From Candidatus Portnoybacteria bacterium (GTDB lineage: Bacteria; Patescibacteriota; Minisyncoccia; RBG-13-40-8-A; JAUWHN01): DNA of 27,381 nucleotides. The notes below the pieces were generated by a model, which saw only the letters and a program-made list of their open reading frames with translations, did not search any database and was not told the origin of the DNA. Positions 24,846 through 27,381 of this stretch are shown here, piece after piece (the first letter of the stretch is position 1; each line of letters opens with the position of its first letter). The stretch is from the NCBI GenBank assembly GCA_030605865.1, contig JAUWHN010000011.1:1-27381 (forward strand), read 5' to 3'. The position numbers and the translations under genes are program-made.

Positions 24846-25346
24846 ATGAATTTAAATAAAATTTTTATCCTGGGTCGATTAACCCGTGACCCCGAACAGA
24901 GAACTATGCCCAACGGAAGAGCAATATCAAATTTCGGCATGGCTACTAATAGAATCTGGACAAACCAGGAGAGCGGAGAAAAACAGGAACAGGTTGAATT
25001 TCATAATGTGGTTGCTTTTGGCAAGCTGGCAGAAATCTGTAACCAATATCTAACCAAAGGACAGTTAACTCTTATTGAGGGACGAATCCAAACTCGTTCA
25101 TGGGAGGATCAAAGCGGAAATAAGCGATATCGAACTGAAATTGTTGCTGAGAATATGCAAATGGGGCCTAGACCGGGTGGGGTGAGAAGCGAAGAAGTCT
25201 CCGAAGTACCAGAAACTGTTGAAGAAGTACAGATTGAAGAGAGTAATGAAGAGGCAGAAGAGAAAACAAAGGGTAAAAAAGCGAAAAAGCCCGCCAAAGG
25301 CGGGTCCGCCTCAGGGGAAATTGATGTGAAAGACATCCCTTTTTAA
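24846..25346 (+). CDS. ssb: single-stranded DNA-binding protein
   Basis: MNLNKIFILGRLTRDPE, EFHNVVAFGKLAE, EGRIQTRSWED, C-terminal DIPF; ATG at 24846. Confidence 0.97.
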   Translation: MNLNKIFILGRLTRDPEQRTMPNGRAISNFGMATNRIWTNQESGEKQEQVEFHNVVAFGKLAEICNQYLTKGQLTLIEGRIQTRSWEDQSGNKRYRTEIVAENMQMGPRPGGVRSEEVSEVPETVEEVQIEESNEEAEEKTKGKKAKKPAKGGSASGEIDVKDIPF

Positions 25347-25347
25347 T

Positions 25348-25542
25348 ATGGACTGTTACTTTTGCCGTCACAATATAAGAGTAATAGATTGGAGAAACGC
25401 AGAATTACTGGGTCGTTTTATTAGTGTCCAGGCAAAAATAAAACCTCCAAGAAGAACCGGCACCTGCGCTAAGCACCAAAGAAAATTAGCCAGAGCAATT
25501 AAAAGAGCAAGAATTGTTGGAATATTGCCGTTTACCCGGTAA
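25348..25542 (+). CDS. rpsR: 30S ribosomal protein S18
   Basis: CYFC...IDW...KIKPPRRTGTCAKHQRKLARAIKRARIVGILPF. Confidence 0.95.
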   Translation: MDCYFCRHNIRVIDWRNAELLGRFISVQAKIKPPRRTGTCAKHQRKLARAIKRARIVGILPFTR

Positions 25543-25562
25543 AAAAAAGAAAGATGTTATTC

Positions 25563-25588
25563 AAAATTGCCCATCTGGGCAATTTTTT
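25563..25588 (+). terminator. terminator after rpsR
   Basis: AAAATTGCCCA-TC-TGGGCAATTTT followed by further Ts. Confidence 0.7.
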
Positions 25589-25610
25589 GATATTTTGATA
25601 TAATAAAAGT

Positions 25611-27044
25611 ATGGCCGATATCAATCAATCAATGTTCCGGGAATACGACATACGGGGACGGGTGAATAATCAAGAATTGAATAAAAAAACCATGGAACTC
25701 ATTGGTAAGGGTTTTGGCACTTATTTAGGCCGGCAAGGAGTTAGAGATATGGTTGTTGGTTATGACTTCCGTTCTTATTCCGAAGAATTAAAGGATGCCT
25801 TGGTTGATGGTCTTGTTTCAACCGGCGTTCACATTATTGATTTGGGCATGGTTTTAACGCCAATGCTTTATTATGCCCAGTACCATTTTGGAGTTAAAGG
25901 CGGGGCAATGGTTACAGCCAGCCATAATCCCAATGGTTGGAGCGGGGTTAAGTTGGCCTCTGATTTTTCCAAAACTTTAGTAGGAGATGAAGTAAAAGAA
26001 ATTTATCGGATTATTAAAAGCAAATATTTTAGAATAGGCCAGGGTTTGGTTAAGAAGGACCATTTTAGAAGCCATATCAAAGAAGTTTATACAGAGGCAG
26101 TAATAAGAAGAGTCAAGCTCGAAAAACCGCTTAAAGTAGTGGTGGAATGCGGCAATGGAACAGCTTGTTTTTTTGCTCCGGAGATTCTAAAAAAAGCCAT
26201 GTCCGCTGGCGGGCGGACTGGCTATGAAATAATAGAACTTTTCTGCGAGCCGGACTGGACATTTCCTCACCATACTCCGGATCCCGAATCAAAAAAAGCA
26301 AAAGAAGCACTTGCGGCTAAGGTTAAAGAAGTAAAAGCTGATTTGGGAATTTCTTATGACGGAGACGGGGATAGATTAGGAGTTGTTGATGAAAAAGGAA
26401 ATAATGTTTGGAGCGATAGGTTGTTAATACTATTAGCCAGGCAGGTTTTGGAAAGACATCCCAAGGCAAAAATCATTTTTGACGTTAAATGCACTCAAGC
26501 CCTGCCCGAAGATATAAAAAAACACAATGGAGTTCCCATAATGTGGAAAACCGGTCATTCTCATGCCAAAAGGAAGCTTGAGCAGGAAAGAGCCACTTTA
26601 GCAGGAGAACGAAGCGGGCATTTCTTTTTCAAGGATAATTGGTACGGATTTGATGATGCCATCTTTGCTTCTTTAAGATTAATTGAATATTTATCAGAAC
26701 AGGGCAAATCTCTTTCAAGACTCTTAAAAACCACTCCTTTTTATGATTATGTAATTTCTTCAACTATTTATATTTCTTGTCCTGACAATAAAAAGTTCCA
26801 GATTGTTGAAAAATTAGTTGAAGAATTTAAAAAAGAATATGGTAAGAAAAATGTAATAGATATTGACGGCGCTCGGGTTAAATTTAAGGATGGCTGGGGA
26901 TTGGTTAGGGCTTCTTCCACTGAACCTGCTTTGACAGTGCTTTTTGAAGCAAAAAATCAGGAGAAATTAGAGGAGATCAAGGGTATTTTTAGAGAAAAAC
27001 TTGCCAAGTATCCTGAAGTTAGTAAAAAATGGAAGAATGAGTAA
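25611..27044 (+). CDS. phosphomannomutase/phosphoglucomutase
   Basis: FREYDIRG, VTASHNP (catalytic Ser), YDGDGDRLG, GERSGH, LVRASSTEP. Confidence 0.93.
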   Translation: MADINQSMFREYDIRGRVNNQELNKKTMELIGKGFGTYLGRQGVRDMVVGYDFRSYSEELKDALVDGLVSTGVHIIDLGMVLTPMLYYAQYHFGVKGGAMVTASHNPNGWSGVKLASDFSKTLVGDEVKEIYRIIKSKYFRIGQGLVKKDHFRSHIKEVYTEAVIRRVKLEKPLKVVVECGNGTACFFAPEILKKAMSAGGRTGYEIIELFCEPDWTFPHHTPDPESKKAKEALAAKVKEVKADLGISYDGDGDRLGVVDEKGNNVWSDRLLILLARQVLERHPKAKIIFDVKCTQALPEDIKKHNGVPIMWKTGHSHAKRKLEQERATLAGERSGHFFFKDNWYGFDDAIFASLRLIEYLSEQGKSLSRLLKTTPFYDYVISSTIYISCPDNKKFQIVEKLVEEFKKEYGKKNVIDIDGARVKFKDGWGLVRASSTEPALTVLFEAKNQEKLEEIKGIFREKLAKYPEVSKKWKNE

Positions 27045-27056
27045 ATTTCGGAAAAT

Positions 27057-27380
27057 CTACAATAAACCCATTTTTTGTTTTACTTCTTTGATTGTTTCTC
27101 CGGCAATTTTTTCTGCTTTTTTTTCGCCCTCAGCTAAGATTTTTTTCACCAGCTGGGGGTTTTTTTCGTACTTCTTTCTTTTTTCTTGGAATTGTTTTAA
27201 TCCTTTAATAATCACTTCAGCTAAATCCTTTTTAAACTCTGCATAACCCTTATTTTTGTATTTCTTTTCTAAGTCTGCAATCGATTTATTGGAAAACAGG
27301 TGATAGATAGTTAAGAGATTGGAAATTGCTGGTTTTTTCTTTTCATCGTATTTTATTTCTTTACCCGAGTCGGTTACTGC
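27057..27380 (-). CDS. trpS: tryptophan--tRNA ligase, C-terminal part (gene starts beyond the window)
   Basis: Manual translation of the minus strand: AVTDSGKEIKYDEKKKPAISNLLTIY...GYAEFKKDLAEVI...LAEGEKKAEKIAGETIKEVKQKMGLL*; absent from the ORF track because it has no start codon here. Confidence 0.9.
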   Translation of the reverse strand, partial: AVTDSGKEIKYDEKKKPAISNLLTIYHLFSNKSIADLEKKYKNKGYAEFKKDLAEVIIKGLKQFQEKRKKYEKNPQLVKKILAEGEKKAEKIAGETIKEVKQKMGLL

Positions 27381-27381
27381 A

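Noticed and set aside
235-27246. Minus-strand and alternate-frame ORFs in the track (e.g. 467-688, 2750-3079, 7067-7333, 11996-12349, 15673-16095, 22932-23351, 24444-24824, 27001-27246)
   Set aside because: They are shadows of well-supported genes on the opposite strand or frame, with no motifs or expression signals.
1-27381. Alternative genetic code (TGA read-through as in some CPR lineages)
   Set aside because: TGA terminates several clearly complete genes (e.g. secF, ychF, alr, HD protein), and long ORFs are intact under code 11.

Overview
Low-GC bacterial chromosome fragment in genetic code 11, most consistent with a Patescibacteria/CPR (Parcubacteria-like) genome (inference from gene content and repeat types). 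About 3.8-27.4 kb is a co-oriented housekeeping block: secreted metalloprotease, murB, hpf, secA, C39-like peptidase, a RelE-family toxin-antitoxin pair, secD, secF, a sigma-region-4/HTH protein, a membrane protein plus VirD4/TraD/HerA-like ATPase, lysS, HD protein, rdgB, serS, alr, ftsQ-like, ychF, rpsF-ssb-rpsR, PMM/PGM, and a convergent partial trpS. The unusual part is about 880-3760: a tandem array of self-contained expression cassettes. It holds five short ORFans and two apparently non-coding structured RNAs. Each unit has its own near-consensus sigma70 promoter and most have their own terminator. All five ORFs have a strong Shine-Dalgarno site. The units are joined by mosaic homologous repeats, including a 31-bp perfect palindrome. 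No integrase is present in the window. Separately, several core genes carry short in-frame GC-rich palindromic insertions that show covariation, and 7/8-mer tandem repeats.
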